This document shows positions 1-10,224 of a stretch of 64,000 bases of DNA, piece after piece (within the stretch, counting starts at the first letter, position 1; every line of letters starts with the position of its first letter). The position numbers were made by a program, and so were the translations under genes. The notes below the pieces were generated by a model that saw only the letters and a program-made list of their open reading frames with translations, ran no database searches and was not told the origin of the DNA. This DNA comes from a bacterium. GTDB lineage: Bacteria; UBA8248. The stretch lies in contig CBDBZU010000004.1 in the NCBI GenBank assembly GCA_965213625.1, forward strand, positions 160,001-224,000, given 5' to 3'.

Positions 1-560
1 GCTAAAAGCGGTAGTTCCGGCGAAACACGTTGTGACACTAGAAGGTTGCCGCAGGTTACGCCCCGCACTTTTGCACCGTAGTATTTCCCTATCAATTTAA
101 CAAAATTTTTACGAGAATTGGTATTTCTGTGCACAATATGGTTGCGGATAGACCGAATCTCGGTTAAGAAACTTGCGTAATTCTTGAGCAACTGGTGGCA
201 CTGATCGGCGGAGTCGATCAGAAATTTTATGTTGTCCCGGATCTCGGCTCCGTTATTCCATGGAAGTGTGTAGCGGAATTTCGGGCGGTTAAGGCTATGC
301 ATCGCCTTTATCGCTGCTGGGATGTTCCTTTGTTGGGCGAGAATAATCGGTGTGCTTCCATCGATATATGTTGCACCACAAACAAGTTTGCAAAATACGG
401 ACCTCATGGTGTTTTCAATTAGGATTGCCAACCGTATCAATGCGATCTCGGCAATGAACTTGCGGTGCGCGGGTACCAGCGAAGACGTCGACGTTAGTAT
501 ACCAGTCAGACGGGCGGTTTCCTTCGTAAAATTAGTGAAGTCATTCGTGAGCGACGGCAT
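1..560 (-). CDS. HEPN-domain protein (partial, runs off the left edge), partner of DUF262 gene
   Basis: Not in ORF track. ATG at 560, 3 nt after the DUF262 stop; open to the window edge: MPSLTNDFTNF...LTEIRSIRNHIVHRN, containing HEPN RxxxxH motif RNHIVH. Confidence 0.75.
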   Translation of the reverse strand, partial: MPSLTNDFTNFTKETARLTGILTSTSSLVPAHRKFIAEIALIRLAILIENTMRSVFCKLVCGATYIDGSTPIILAQQRNIPAAIKAMHSLNRPKFRYTLPWNNGAEIRDNIKFLIDSADQCHQLLKNYASFLTEIRSIRNHIVHRNTNSRKNFVKLIGKYYGAKVRGVTCGNLLVSQRVSPELPLL

Positions 561-563
561 GAT

Positions 564-1580
564 TTAACTAAAAGCATCGGTCAAAGCTTTATTACGGATC
601 CCCCGCTTATTAATGCGGTGCAAATTCCCTCCACTGAAGCCCTCAAGAAAGGTTGTTTGTTCGTCAGTCTTAACGTCGAGGTCTCGATAGGCGACCACTT
701 TTGCGTCAATGTCGTACATGCACTGCTGGATATTGGCAACGTTGACGTTTTTTCGATTTCGTAGTCGATCCACAACTACCATCAAACTGAAGGCAAGCTG
801 TTGCTGCTGGAACACTGTGTCGGAGAATGCAGTCGTTGGAATCGAAGCGAGCTTTCCAAATAAATCCTCCAAGCGCTCACTTAGTTCTTCCATTTTCGGG
901 AAATCTACGTCGTAGTCTTTGTAGTATTTGGTGATTTTCGGAGCGCTGAAGTCGACTAAACCCTCAGCTAAGTTAATTACGAGATCTGATACAAATTGGA
1001 CCTCCTGCATGCGCGAAATCTGCGCTGCGGAGAAGATACCGGTCGAACGCCAGAAAGGTAGCCGCATAGCCGCCTGGCTGAGGCAAAACTGCTTAAAATC
1101 TCCACTGTATTGAGCGTTCCTCTTTTCTTGTGGGTTCAGCGTTTTGGAGATTGAGTTAATACGTCCAAATATTTCGATTACATCAGGTTCTTCGGCACCA
1201 ATGAGATAGCCAACCGAGAGCGCGGTACCGAGAAACAATTTCTTCTGCGCGTTCGTAAGTTCTGAGTATTTGACCTTCTTCTTGTGATCGGGATGCCCTG
1301 CCGCGAATTCATCGTTTCGGTACGAGATGATGGATCGAATGCGTTGCTGCCCGTCCACAACCTCTTTTATTGATTTCTCTCGCTCTACGTCAATTTGGTG
1401 CCGAATATAGATGCTCGGCACTGGCTTCCCCTCGAAGATAGTATTAACGAGGTATGCCTTCTGTGGGTTCGACCAAACTGACCGGCGTTGATACCAAGGA
1501 TCTATGTTAAGGCTACCATTGTTATAAATGTTTAGCAGATCTTGGATGACCAACGATTGGTAATCGACGCGTTCCATCAT
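564..1580 (-). CDS. DUF262 (ParB/GmrS-like) domain protein
   Basis: Motifs PWYQRRSVW, GKPVPSIY, VVDGQQR, IFGRINS. Confidence 0.88.
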   Translation of the reverse strand: MMERVDYQSLVIQDLLNIYNNGSLNIDPWYQRRSVWSNPQKAYLVNTIFEGKPVPSIYIRHQIDVEREKSIKEVVDGQQRIRSIISYRNDEFAAGHPDHKKKVKYSELTNAQKKLFLGTALSVGYLIGAEEPDVIEIFGRINSISKTLNPQEKRNAQYSGDFKQFCLSQAAMRLPFWRSTGIFSAAQISRMQEVQFVSDLVINLAEGLVDFSAPKITKYYKDYDVDFPKMEELSERLEDLFGKLASIPTTAFSDTVFQQQQLAFSLMVVVDRLRNRKNVNVANIQQCMYDIDAKVVAYRDLDVKTDEQTTFLEGFSGGNLHRINKRGIRNKALTDAFS

Positions 1581-1764
1581 CTCTCCTCAGGACTGTCTAA
1601 TTGAACGTGAACGATCATGACTCGAAATTGGGTGAGGCGCAACTCAAACTAGGAGTGAATATGTTAAGTTTTTAATATGTTGAATCAAGGTATGAATAAG
1701 CCAGTATTTCAGCAAGAAGGTCGAACAGTGATTCGTACGATTTCAACACCGAAGGCGGTGAGAG

Positions 1765-2982
1765 TCAATCCCGCATCCCGAGGGACGCGCCGCTCAGTAT
1801 CGACGACCCCGCCGCGAAGGCCAGGCACATGAGGGCCAGGCTCTCCACGCTTACGCCGTAATCGATCAGCCAGCCCATGACGACGGGCGAGAGCGCCGTG
1901 GACACCACCATGAACGAGGTGGCGAGCGAGCGGATGGCTCCCAGGTTCTCCACCCCGTAGATTTCCGCCCAGATGGCCCCGCCGATGGTGATTCGCACGC
2001 CGACGGTGACGCCCGTCATGATCATGTAGATGAGGGCTACGACCCAGTGGTCGGAACTCGCCAGCGCCAGAAGCGCGACGCACATGGGCGCGAGATGCCA
2101 GGGGAGGATTTTGACCGCGCCGACGCGGTCGATGAGGGGGCCGGTGAACAGCGTCAACGTGACGGAGAAAAGCGTGTAGAGCGTGTACGCGCCCGTGAAG
2201 AAGGCGAGGCTCCACCCCTTGGCCTCCACCAGATGCCCCATGTGAAAGAAAAAGCCGGTGCCGATGAACGAGGGGGCGAGAGAGACGGGCATGATGAGAT
2301 AAAAGCGCGGATCCTTGAGCACCTCCCTTCTTCCCCACACCCCTTTGGTTCTCGCCGCGGAAGCCGCCTCCCCCGTGCGCGCCGCGCGAGCCAGGTGCTC
2401 GTCTTCATGGCCTTTGAGCAGCCAGGCGACGGCGGGAATCAGCACGAGGGCGGAGAAGGCCGCCATCACCAGCCAGGTCTGCCGCCAGGAGAACCATGCG
2501 CTCAAGGCGACCGCCACGAGCGCCATGACCGCCTGGCCCGAGGGTCCGCCCATCGAGATGATGCTGACGGCGCGCCCGCGCTCCGCCGTGAAATGCCGGC
2601 CGATGCTCGTCACCGAGGTGTGGACCATCAGCCCCTGGCCCGTGAGCCTGAGCGCGAAAAGCGTGAAGAGCAGGGCCGGGAAGGCGGGCGCCGCCGCCAT
2701 CAGGACGCAGGAGGCGACTAACCCCGCGCAGACGCACAGGGCGAAAACCTTGAGCCGCGTCTTGTCGATCATCCGGCCTATCCATATCAGGCACATGGCG
2801 CTCGATACGGTGGCGACGGCGTAGGCCAGGCCGAACTCCCCGTGGGAGAGTGCGAAGGCGGCGCGGATATCGGTGTTGAAAACGGCGATGTAATAGGATT
2901 GCCCGAAGCACGAAAAAAACGTGAGCAGGAGGCCAAAGGACAGAAAACGGCGGTTTTTCCACGCGAAGGAGAGATATTCCAA
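1765..2982 (-). CDS. MFS transporter
   Basis: 405 aa, about 12 hydrophobic segments, motif A-like GRMIDK and GPLIDRVG. Confidence 0.88.
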   Translation of the reverse strand: MEYLSFAWKNRRFLSFGLLLTFFSCFGQSYYIAVFNTDIRAAFALSHGEFGLAYAVATVSSAMCLIWIGRMIDKTRLKVFALCVCAGLVASCVLMAAAPAFPALLFTLFALRLTGQGLMVHTSVTSIGRHFTAERGRAVSIISMGGPSGQAVMALVAVALSAWFSWRQTWLVMAAFSALVLIPAVAWLLKGHEDEHLARAARTGEAASAARTKGVWGRREVLKDPRFYLIMPVSLAPSFIGTGFFFHMGHLVEAKGWSLAFFTGAYTLYTLFSVTLTLFTGPLIDRVGAVKILPWHLAPMCVALLALASSDHWVVALIYMIMTGVTVGVRITIGGAIWAEIYGVENLGAIRSLATSFMVVSTALSPVVMGWLIDYGVSVESLALMCLAFAAGSSILSGASLGMRD

Positions 2983-3129
2983 TGGCGGCCTTCATGAAGG
3001 AGCGGGGGGTGTCGATACGAGGCGCAGTATAGCATGGGGGCGAGGTATGGAGGAGACGGCTCACCTTGACACCACTCAGACCGCCCCATACCCTGACCCC
3101 ACACCCAAACAGCGGAGGCATCGAGCGCC

Positions 3130-3816
3130 ATGCGATTCCAGATCGGCCTTCTTCTCTTCCCGAACCTCACCCAACTCGACATGACAGGCCCGTACGAGGT
3201 CTTCACCAAGTTCCCTGAGTCCGACGTGCACCTCGTATGGAAGACGCTGGACCCGGTAAAAGCCGGCGGCGGCATGGAGCTTCTGCCGGGCATGACGTTC
3301 GATGATTGTCCGCAGCTCGACCTCATCTGCGTGCCGGGCGGCGCGGGCATGAACGCGCTCTTGAACGATGAGGAGACGCTCGACTTCGTGCGCAGACAGG
3401 CGGCCGGGGCGCGCTACGTCACCTCCGTGTGCACGGGGTCGCTCGTGCTGGGCGCTGCGGGGCTTCTGAAAGGAAAGCGCGCGACCTCGCACTGGATGTC
3501 GCACGCGATGCTGGCCGCCTTCGGCTGCGAGCCCGTGGCCGAGCGCGTGGTCGTGGACGGCAACGTGATCACCGGCGGCGGGGTGACGGCGGGAATCGAC
3601 TTCGCCCTGACGGTGGCGGGCGAGTTGCTGGGGGCGGAAGCCGCCCGCAAGATACAACTCGGCATGGAGTACGACCCGCAACCACCTTTCGATTCCGGCT
3701 CTCCGGAACGGGCGGACCCGGCGATGGTCGCCGCCGTGCAGGAAGGCGCCGCCGCGCGCCAGAGCGAGCGGGAAGAAGCGGTGAATGAGGCGGCGGGTAG
3801 GCTGGGAAGCGGTTGA
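3130..3816 (+). CDS. DJ-1/PfpI family protein (isonitrile hydratase-like)
   Basis: LDMTGPYEV, VPGG, SVCTG nucleophile Cys, GGGVTAGID, EYDPQPPF. Confidence 0.88.
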   Translation: MRFQIGLLLFPNLTQLDMTGPYEVFTKFPESDVHLVWKTLDPVKAGGGMELLPGMTFDDCPQLDLICVPGGAGMNALLNDEETLDFVRRQAAGARYVTSVCTGSLVLGAAGLLKGKRATSHWMSHAMLAAFGCEPVAERVVVDGNVITGGGVTAGIDFALTVAGELLGAEAARKIQLGMEYDPQPPFDSGSPERADPAMVAAVQEGAAARQSEREEAVNEAAGRLGSG

Positions 3817-3892
3817 TGATGCTTGGAGTTGGGGTCGCGCTCCTTATACATCACTCAACTTAAGTCTGTAGTTATTCCTGTGATGTGAAAAA

Positions 3893-4354
3893 TTACCCGA
3901 CACTCCGGCGCCGTCCGACCCACCTCCTGACGCTTAGGCAATAGGCTTCGTATCGTTCGCCGAATTTCCGACGCATCGCGCGCTCCTCATATGCGATGTA
4001 GCAATACCGGACAATGACGGCGAAGAGGGCGCTCAAGATGAGTGCGGCCAGCGTTCTCGAAACCAGTGCGGCGCCGAACACCGCCAGCACCAGACCGAGA
4101 TACATCGGGTTTCTACTCATGCTGTAGATACCTTCGGTCACCAGTTCTCCGGGTTCCTCGAATGTATACACATTCGTGCCGATACGTTGGAACAGCTTCT
4201 TTCCGGCGACCGAAACGCCGATGCCGAATATAAATACCGCGATACCTCCCCATAAGAGCAACGGTTCCGTGAAACGCATCAACGGGATGAAACGCTCTAC
4301 CGTGAAGATTGCGGCTATCAGAATCCAGAACAGGGTAGGTGGATTAATTTGCAT
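3893..4354 (-). CDS. Isoprenylcysteine carboxylmethyltransferase/PEMT family membrane protein
   Basis: LVTEGIYSMSRNPMYLG and EERAMRRKFGERYEAY; start inferred at MQINPP. Confidence 0.8.
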   Translation of the reverse strand: MQINPPTLFWILIAAIFTVERFIPLMRFTEPLLLWGGIAVFIFGIGVSVAGKKLFQRIGTNVYTFEEPGELVTEGIYSMSRNPMYLGLVLAVFGAALVSRTLAALILSALFAVIVRYCYIAYEERAMRRKFGERYEAYCLSVRRWVGRRRSVG

Positions 4355-4698
4355 GCGCCTTGTCCTTAAAGACGTCATCCGCCGGTTGCAGCAGGTAGGC
4401 TTCGCCGGCGGTGAGCATTCTGAATGACCTCCCAGGAATTCGAACGATACAACAGGAAGTGTAAGGAAACCGTTTGGAAACGAACAAGATTCAGGAATAC
4501 TTTTGGTTTGTGGCGTCCGGCTTGACGAATAGGGAGAGCCCAAAAGAAAGGAACTCCTAAGAAATTCACCAAGGAATAGAAGAAAGACCGTATTTCAATT
4601 CACTCCCCTTGAGGGGGTCGGGCTTCCCGAGGGGGAAAGCCCAATGAAAAAGTTCCTTTTCAGAGGGTAGAAGGGACGCCTTTTTCGACTGGAAAAGC

Positions 4699-4823
4699 AA
4701 CCCCCCAACCCCCCTTGTCAGGGGGGTAAAATCAAAATGCCCCCCCGACAGAGGGGGTAAAGGCGATGCCCCCCGAAAAGGGTGTGAAAGAAAAGCCCCC
4801 CTGACAAGGGGGGTTGGGGGGTT
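4699..4823. repeat. Palindromic REP/MITE-like element with 28-bp terminal inverted repeats
   Basis: aaccccccaaccccccttgtcagggggg (4699-4726) and its exact reverse complement (4796-4823); internal degenerate CCCCC..GGGGG units. Confidence 0.8.
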
Positions 4824-4875
4824 ATTCCCTTGGCAAAGGTTTTTTTACAGCCCCCATAGGGCAGATCACGACCTC

Positions 4876-4899
4876 GGGCCGCTCACGAGCGGCCCCTAC
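4876..4899 (-). repeat. GTAG-type REP hairpin; further copies at 6594-6618, 8452-8471, 10653-10676
   Basis: GTAGGGGCCGCTC-G(T/C)-GAGCGGCCC-like hairpin preceded by GTAG. Confidence 0.7.
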
Positions 4900-4979
4900 A
4901 TACATGCTGATCTCACAACAAAGGCCGCCCTGGCGGGCGGCAACAAACCCGCGAGGACGGCCCCTGGTTGATAAAACTG

Positions 4980-6341
4980 CTAGGCGTCGAAATACTCGCG
5001 CGTGACCTTGAAGACCATCGGCGCGAGCAGGAGCAGGCCGATGAGGTTGGGCACCGCCATCAGCCCGTTCAGCGTGTCAGACAAGTTCCAGACGAAGGCC
5101 ACCTTCACGTTCGCGAAGCCGAGCGCCGCCAGCACCCACAGGCCCCGGTAGACCATGAGGCTGTTCTCGCTGAAGAGATACTGCCAGCACCGCTCGCCGT
5201 AGTACGACCAGCCCAGGATGGTGGTGAAGGCGAATACGGCCAGCGCAAGCGTGACGATGTAGTTCCCGCCCGCGATGGTGCTCTGGAAACCCGCCGAGGT
5301 GAGCAAAACGCCCGTCAAGCCCTTGCCGGCCGCGTCCTTCAGCACCCATGCGCCCGAAGTCAGGATGACCAGCGCCGTCATCGTGCAGACCACGATGGTG
5401 TCGATGAAGGTGCCGAGCATGGCGATGACGCCCTGGCGGACCGGGCTGTTCGTCTGCGCCGCCGCGTGCGCGATGGCCGCCGAGCCCAGTCCCGATTCGT
5501 TCGAGAACACGCCGCGCGCGACGCCGAAGCGAACCGCCGCCGCCACCGCAGCGCCCGCGAAACCGCCCGCTGCCGCCGCCGGGGTAAAGGCGTGCTTGAA
5601 GATGAGGCCGATGGCCGCCGGCACTGCGGTGATGTTGATGAGAATGATGATGAGCGCAGCGCCCACATACAGCACGATCATCGCAGGCACGAGCTTGCCC
5701 GCCACCTCGCCGATCCGCTGGATGCCGCCCAGGATGACGAAGCCCACCAGCCCGGCCACGACGACCCCCGTCAGCCAGGTGGGGATCAGAAAGCTGTCGG
5801 CAAGCGCGGTCGCCATCGAATTCACCTGCACGGCGTTACCGATGCCGAAGGCCGCCACCGCGCCGAACACGGCGAACGCGAGCCCCAGCCACTTGGCGAG
5901 TTCGGGCGCGAATTCACCCACGCCGTTCCTGAGATAATACATGGGACCGCCCACGTACTTGCCCGCCGCGTCCACCTCGCGGTAGGTGACCGCGCAGACG
6001 GCTTCTGCGTATTTCGTCGCCATGCCGAAGAGCGCGATGAGCCACATGTAGAAGATGGCCCCCGGTCCGCCCAGGGCGATGGCGGTGGCGACGCCGGCGA
6101 TGTTCCCGGTGCCGACGGTAGCGGAGAGCGCCGTCATCAGCGCGTTGAAGGGCTTGACCTCACCCTCGCCGACCTCCCCCTCCGTGTCGTACAAGAGCCT
6201 GAAGCCGTAGCCCACCTTGCGCCAGGGCATGAATACCATCCCCAGCGTGAGCAGCACGCCCGTCACGCCCAGCATGCCGAGCATCGGCGGCCCCCAGGCG
6301 AAGGCGTTCACGGAACTAATCATGGAATTCAGCCAATCCAT
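4980..6341 (-). CDS. Alanine/glycine:cation symporter (AgcS/AlsT family)
   Basis: ATVGTGNIAGVATA, GGPGAIFYMW, GGPMYY, RGVFSNESGLGS, FIDTIVVC. Confidence 0.93.
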   Translation of the reverse strand: MDWLNSMISSVNAFAWGPPMLGMLGVTGVLLTLGMVFMPWRKVGYGFRLLYDTEGEVGEGEVKPFNALMTALSATVGTGNIAGVATAIALGGPGAIFYMWLIALFGMATKYAEAVCAVTYREVDAAGKYVGGPMYYLRNGVGEFAPELAKWLGLAFAVFGAVAAFGIGNAVQVNSMATALADSFLIPTWLTGVVVAGLVGFVILGGIQRIGEVAGKLVPAMIVLYVGAALIIILINITAVPAAIGLIFKHAFTPAAAAGGFAGAAVAAAVRFGVARGVFSNESGLGSAAIAHAAAQTNSPVRQGVIAMLGTFIDTIVVCTMTALVILTSGAWVLKDAAGKGLTGVLLTSAGFQSTIAGGNYIVTLALAVFAFTTILGWSYYGERCWQYLFSENSLMVYRGLWVLAALGFANVKVAFVWNLSDTLNGLMAVPNLIGLLLLAPMVFKVTREYFDA

Positions 6342-6548
6342 CGCATCTACCCCCTCTTGGTGCTACGAAGTTGGCGGCCAGATGGTGTCCCACTGGTCCG
6401 GGCGGCGGACGCCATCCCTCTTAAAAAAACTACCAGACAATATTCGGGCGGGATATATATTTATACGGCGGGAGAGGCCTAGGTGAAAATACTATAAAAA
6501 AACGATGCGCCTCGCAAACAATCGAAAACCGGCCTCCGCGCGGCGTCC

Positions 6549-6982
6549 GGGGGTTGTTGAAAAAGTCCTTGCTGTTGAGTTGGGATTCCACCTGTAGGGG
6601 CCGCATAGTATGCGGCCCTTCCCGTCCGGCATTCGGGACGCATGTATGTCGGACATATATGTCCGACCTACACGGAAACGGCAATGATGCCGGAATGACG
6701 GCGGTGGTTAATTCCGAGTGAGGAGAGGGGAAATTCACTCCCCCCTTGAGGGGGAGTCGATGAAGCCGAGCGGTATTTGCGAAGGCTGAATCGGTGGGGG
6801 GTAAAATGCGTATTATTGCCATTCCGAATTATACCCCCCACCAGTTCACTTTCGGGCTTACGCCCTCAGTTCACTGTCGGTCTTCCCCGAGGGAGACCGA
6901 CCCTCAAGGGGGGAGTGAATTCCCTCTCTCATCGGTCAGTCAGATACACCGAATCGCGAAATCAGGGTTTTTCAACACCCCC
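6549..6982. mobile_element. Composite MITE-like element with GGG(C/T)TGTTGAAAAA termini, containing a REP and an inner inverted-repeat element (6732-6921)
   Basis: Left end gggggttgttgaaaaag, right end tttttcaacacccc; inner perfect 21-bp IR aattcactccccccttgaggg/ccctcaaggggggagtgaatt. Confidence 0.65.
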
Positions 6983-7106
6983 TTTTTCCCTTGCGCGGCC
7001 TCCCCGGTGGCGTTCATAATCAGGATATTCAACGAAACGGGAGGCGCGCGATGAAGATGCCACCGGCGGCGCTTGCCGATGGAACGCTCTCGCGGCATGC
7101 CCTAAA

Positions 7107-8015
7107 ATGGACCGGCTTCGATCTGACACCACAGGAATGAACGAGATGAGCGAAGAGACGACACCCCAAGCCGATCAATCGCAAGAGGAGAGCGCCCTCG
7201 CCTACACCCGGGCGGGAGACGCCGCCAAGGCACCGCGCCGGAAGCTGCCCAAAAAGATGTACGAGGCCGAACTCTTGAGGCTCCAGGAAGAACTCGTGAA
7301 GCTCCAGGAGTGGATAAAGGACCAGGGGCTGAAAGTGGTCGTCATATTCGAGGGACGGGACGCGGCCGGCAAGGGCGGCGTCATCAAGCGCATCACGCTG
7401 AGACTCAACCCGAGGGTGTGCCGGGTCGTGGCGCTCGCCGCGCCCACCGAGCGCGAGCAGACGCAGTGGTACTTCCAGCGCTACGCGGCCCACCTTCCCG
7501 CCGCGGGCGAGATGGTGCTCCTGGACCGCTCCTGGTACAACCGCGCGGGCGTGGAGCGGGTGATGGGATTCTGCACGGAAGAGGAATACCGCGAGTTTCT
7601 CTACTCATGCCCCACGTTCGAGCGGATGCTCGTGCGCTCGGGGATCATCCTCATCAAATACTGGTTCTCGGTGAGCGACGAGGAACAGGAACGCCGCTTC
7701 CAGGCGCGGCTTCAGGACCGCACGAGGCGCTGGAAGCTCTCGCCGATGGACCTCGAATCGCGCACCCGCTGGGTGGAGTATTCCAGGGCGAAGGACGAGA
7801 TGTTCGCCTACACCGACATCAAGCAGGCGCCCTGGTACGTGGTGGACGCGGACTCGAAGCGCCGCGCACGGCTGAACTGCATCAGCCACCTGCTCTCCCT
7901 CATCCCCTATAAGGACCTCACGCCCTCGCCCATCGAACTCCCCCCGCGCCGGGACTCGAAAGCCTACGTGCGCCCTCCCTTGAGCGAGCAGACGTTCGTG
8001 CCGGATCGGTATTAG
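7107..8015 (+). CDS. ppk2: Polyphosphate kinase 2 (class I-like)
   Basis: FEGRDAAGKGG Walker A, DRSWYNRAGVE, WKLSPMD; exact start uncertain. Confidence 0.93.
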   Translation: MDRLRSDTTGMNEMSEETTPQADQSQEESALAYTRAGDAAKAPRRKLPKKMYEAELLRLQEELVKLQEWIKDQGLKVVVIFEGRDAAGKGGVIKRITLRLNPRVCRVVALAAPTEREQTQWYFQRYAAHLPAAGEMVLLDRSWYNRAGVERVMGFCTEEEYREFLYSCPTFERMLVRSGIILIKYWFSVSDEEQERRFQARLQDRTRRWKLSPMDLESRTRWVEYSRAKDEMFAYTDIKQAPWYVVDADSKRRARLNCISHLLSLIPYKDLTPSPIELPPRRDSKAYVRPPLSEQTFVPDRY

Positions 8016-8046
8016 GGGCGTATTGCTCGAAGTTTCATGCAACGCC

Positions 8047-8154
8047 ATTAAGACTTAAGAGCTAATACTTAATAAGAGTGTGCGTTTTGCAGTTATATTG
8101 CGCGAACGCTTCATAAGGGAATTCGTTATTAAGGGTTATGGGGTAAGTCTTAAT
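8047..8154. repeat. Short AT-rich element with 11-bp terminal inverted repeat
   Basis: attaagactta (8047-8057) / taagtcttaat (8144-8154). Confidence 0.4.
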
Positions 8155-8251
8155 AAGGGGATTTTGAGAGATTCCTTATTTCGTGATTTGGCTATGGAGC
8201 CGACCGGGGAGGGAGAAGATTACGCAATCCCCTTGCAGAACGCCAACCAAC

Positions 8252-8414
8252 CACTCCCCCCTTGAGGGGGAGTCGAAGAGCTGAGGGCGTAAGCCCGAAA
8301 GCGATTCGGTGGGGGGTATAACCCGGAGTGGCGATAAAACGCGATTCACCCCCCACCGATTCAGCCTTCGCACAAACCGCTCGGCTTCATCGACTCCCCC
8401 TCAAGGGGGGAGTG
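8252..8414 (-). repeat. Inverted copy of the cactccccccttgaggg...ccctcaaggggggagtg element
   Basis: Shares TIRs and internal blocks (gagggcgtaagcccgaaag, ccgctcggcttcatcgac) with 6732-6921 and 17690-17897. Confidence 0.8.
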
Positions 8415-8508
8415 AAATTCAGAGCGCTCCCCCTCCAGGCATTTTCAACAACCGCTCGCGAGCGGCCCCTATTTAATAAAAAGGGGGACACGAAAATCGG
8501 ATCCCCCC

Positions 8509-8637
8509 TCACACCTCCGTGCCCTCGTTCAGGATCGAGAGATATTCCTCGTAGCCGAACAGGCGGTTGCGCTTCTTGCCCGTGAGTTCGCGGACGATAC
8601 CCAGCCGCTCGAGCGCCCGCATACCGCTGGACGCCGC
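8509..8637 (-). pseudogene. C-terminal remnant of a Fic-family protein
   Basis: Translates ALERLGIVRELTGKKRNRLFGYEEYLSILNEGTEV*, resembling the Fic C-terminal HTH tail. Confidence 0.55.
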
Positions 8638-8690
8638 CATTCGGATTTGCGCTGTTTTACATGAAGGGCGTGGCCTCACCCCAGGTCTAG
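8631..8690 (+). pseudogene. Fragment of TRAP transporter large subunit (DctM)
   Basis: TPPFGFALFYMKGVA motif. Confidence 0.5.
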
Positions 8691-8808
8691 ATCCAGCAGA
8701 TCTACACCGGAATCATTTCGTTCGTACTTATGCAACTGACCGGACTGGCGCTTATCATGGCATTTCCGGAAATCGCCATGTGGCTGCCGGGACAGCTGCT
8801 CAATTGAG

Positions 8809-10224
8809 CTATTCCTGGGCCGGTGCGGCCAGATCGGGCCTTCGGTCGGCCCACGGTCTGGCGGCCTCGAATGCGGCGGCGGCGCGGAAGATGTCTTCCT
8901 CGTGCAGGATCTTCGAAACCATCTGCATGCCTACGGGCAGGCCGTCCCGGGTCCATCCCGCCGGCACCGAGGCAGCCGGCTGGCCCGTCAGGTTGAACGG
9001 ATAGGTGTAGTAGACCCAGGATACGATGTTGCGGTCGGGCAGCTCCGGGGGCGCGTTGCAGTTCACGTCGAAAGCCGGGACGGGAAGCGTCGGCGTCAGG
9101 AGCAGATCGTAGTCCTCGAAGAAGAGGCGTATCTTCTCGCGTAAGTCGTAGCGCCGGAAAACCTTGCCGTAATACTCGTCCAGTTCCTGATCGAGGGCGC
9201 CGGCAAGCACGTCGGCAACCGCCGGGTCGAGCAGGTCCGGCTTGTCGGCGAGCACATCCTTGAGCCGGGTTCCGACGCCGGCGTAGAACTCGGCCATCCA
9301 GATGGGGAGCGGATCCTCTTCCATGACCTGTTCGACCAGGTCCACGGTGCAGCCGAGATCCTCGAACACCCTGACGGCCTCCTCGACGATCCGGACCACC
9401 TCGCCGGTAGGCTGCGCGTAGCCGAGCGTCGGGCTCCAGGCCAGGCGCATGCCCTCGACCGGACGCTCGCAGGCGGCCAGGAAGTCGGGCACGGGCTGCG
9501 CGACGCCGAAGGGATCCCGGCGGTCGTGCCCGGCGATGGCGCTCAGCAGGAGCGCCCCGTCGCGCACGGTGCGGGTGAGCGGGCCGACATGGCCGAGCGT
9601 CGGCGTGGCGCTCGCCGGGTAGACCCCGACGCGCGCGAACTGCGCCTTGATGCCGAAAAGGCCGCTGAGCGAACTCGGGATGCGGACGGACCCGCCGCCG
9701 TCGGTTCCGAGCGCGAACGGCGTGACCCCGGCGGCAACGCTGGTCGCGGCGCCGCAGCTCGACCCGCCCGGCGTCTTGGCAAGATTCCAGGCGTTCGGCG
9801 TCACCCCGGTCAGCGGGCTGTCGCCGACCGCCTTGCAGCCGAACTCGCTGGTCGTCGACTTGCCGACGATGCAGCCGCCCTGCCGCCGCAGCCGTTCCAC
9901 CGAGGGCGCGTCGACCGCCGCGACATTGTCCGCCATCACCCGGGAGCCGAAGGTCAGCTTCAGGCCGTCCACGGCGATCATGTCCTTCACCGAGATAGGC
10001 AGGCCGTGCAGCAGTCCGAGCTCTTCGCCGGACATGACGGCCTTTTCGGCCTGCCGCGCCGCTTCGAGGGCGAGGTCGGGCGAGGTCTGGACGAAACAGT
10101 TGAGCGTCGGCTCAAGCCCGTCCATGCGCTCCAGGGACGACCCGACGAGTTCGACCGGCGAGATGTCGCCGCCCGCGATCAGGTCCTTCAACTCGATTGC
10201 CGTCATGAACGCGAAATCGCTCAT
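8809..10224 (-). CDS. Amidase signature family enzyme
   Basis: GLPISVKD, PGGSSCG, GTDGGGSVRIP; start at MSDFAF overlaps the upstream stop. Confidence 0.92.
   Translation of the reverse strand: MSDFAFMTAIELKDLIAGGDISPVELVGSSLERMDGLEPTLNCFVQTSPDLALEAARQAEKAVMSGEELGLLHGLPISVKDMIAVDGLKLTFGSRVMADNVAAVDAPSVERLRRQGGCIVGKSTTSEFGCKAVGDSPLTGVTPNAWNLAKTPGGSSCGAATSVAAGVTPFALGTDGGGSVRIPSSLSGLFGIKAQFARVGVYPASATPTLGHVGPLTRTVRDGALLLSAIAGHDRRDPFGVAQPVPDFLAACERPVEGMRLAWSPTLGYAQPTGEVVRIVEEAVRVFEDLGCTVDLVEQVMEEDPLPIWMAEFYAGVGTRLKDVLADKPDLLDPAVADVLAGALDQELDEYYGKVFRRYDLREKIRLFFEDYDLLLTPTLPVPAFDVNCNAPPELPDRNIVSWVYYTYPFNLTGQPAASVPAGWTRDGLPVGMQMVSKILHEEDIFRAAAAFEAARPWADRRPDLAAPAQE

Noticed and set aside
4596-8471. 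Palindromic repeats as a CRISPR array
   Set aside because: No regular repeat-spacer periodicity and no cas genes; dispersed REP/MITE pattern
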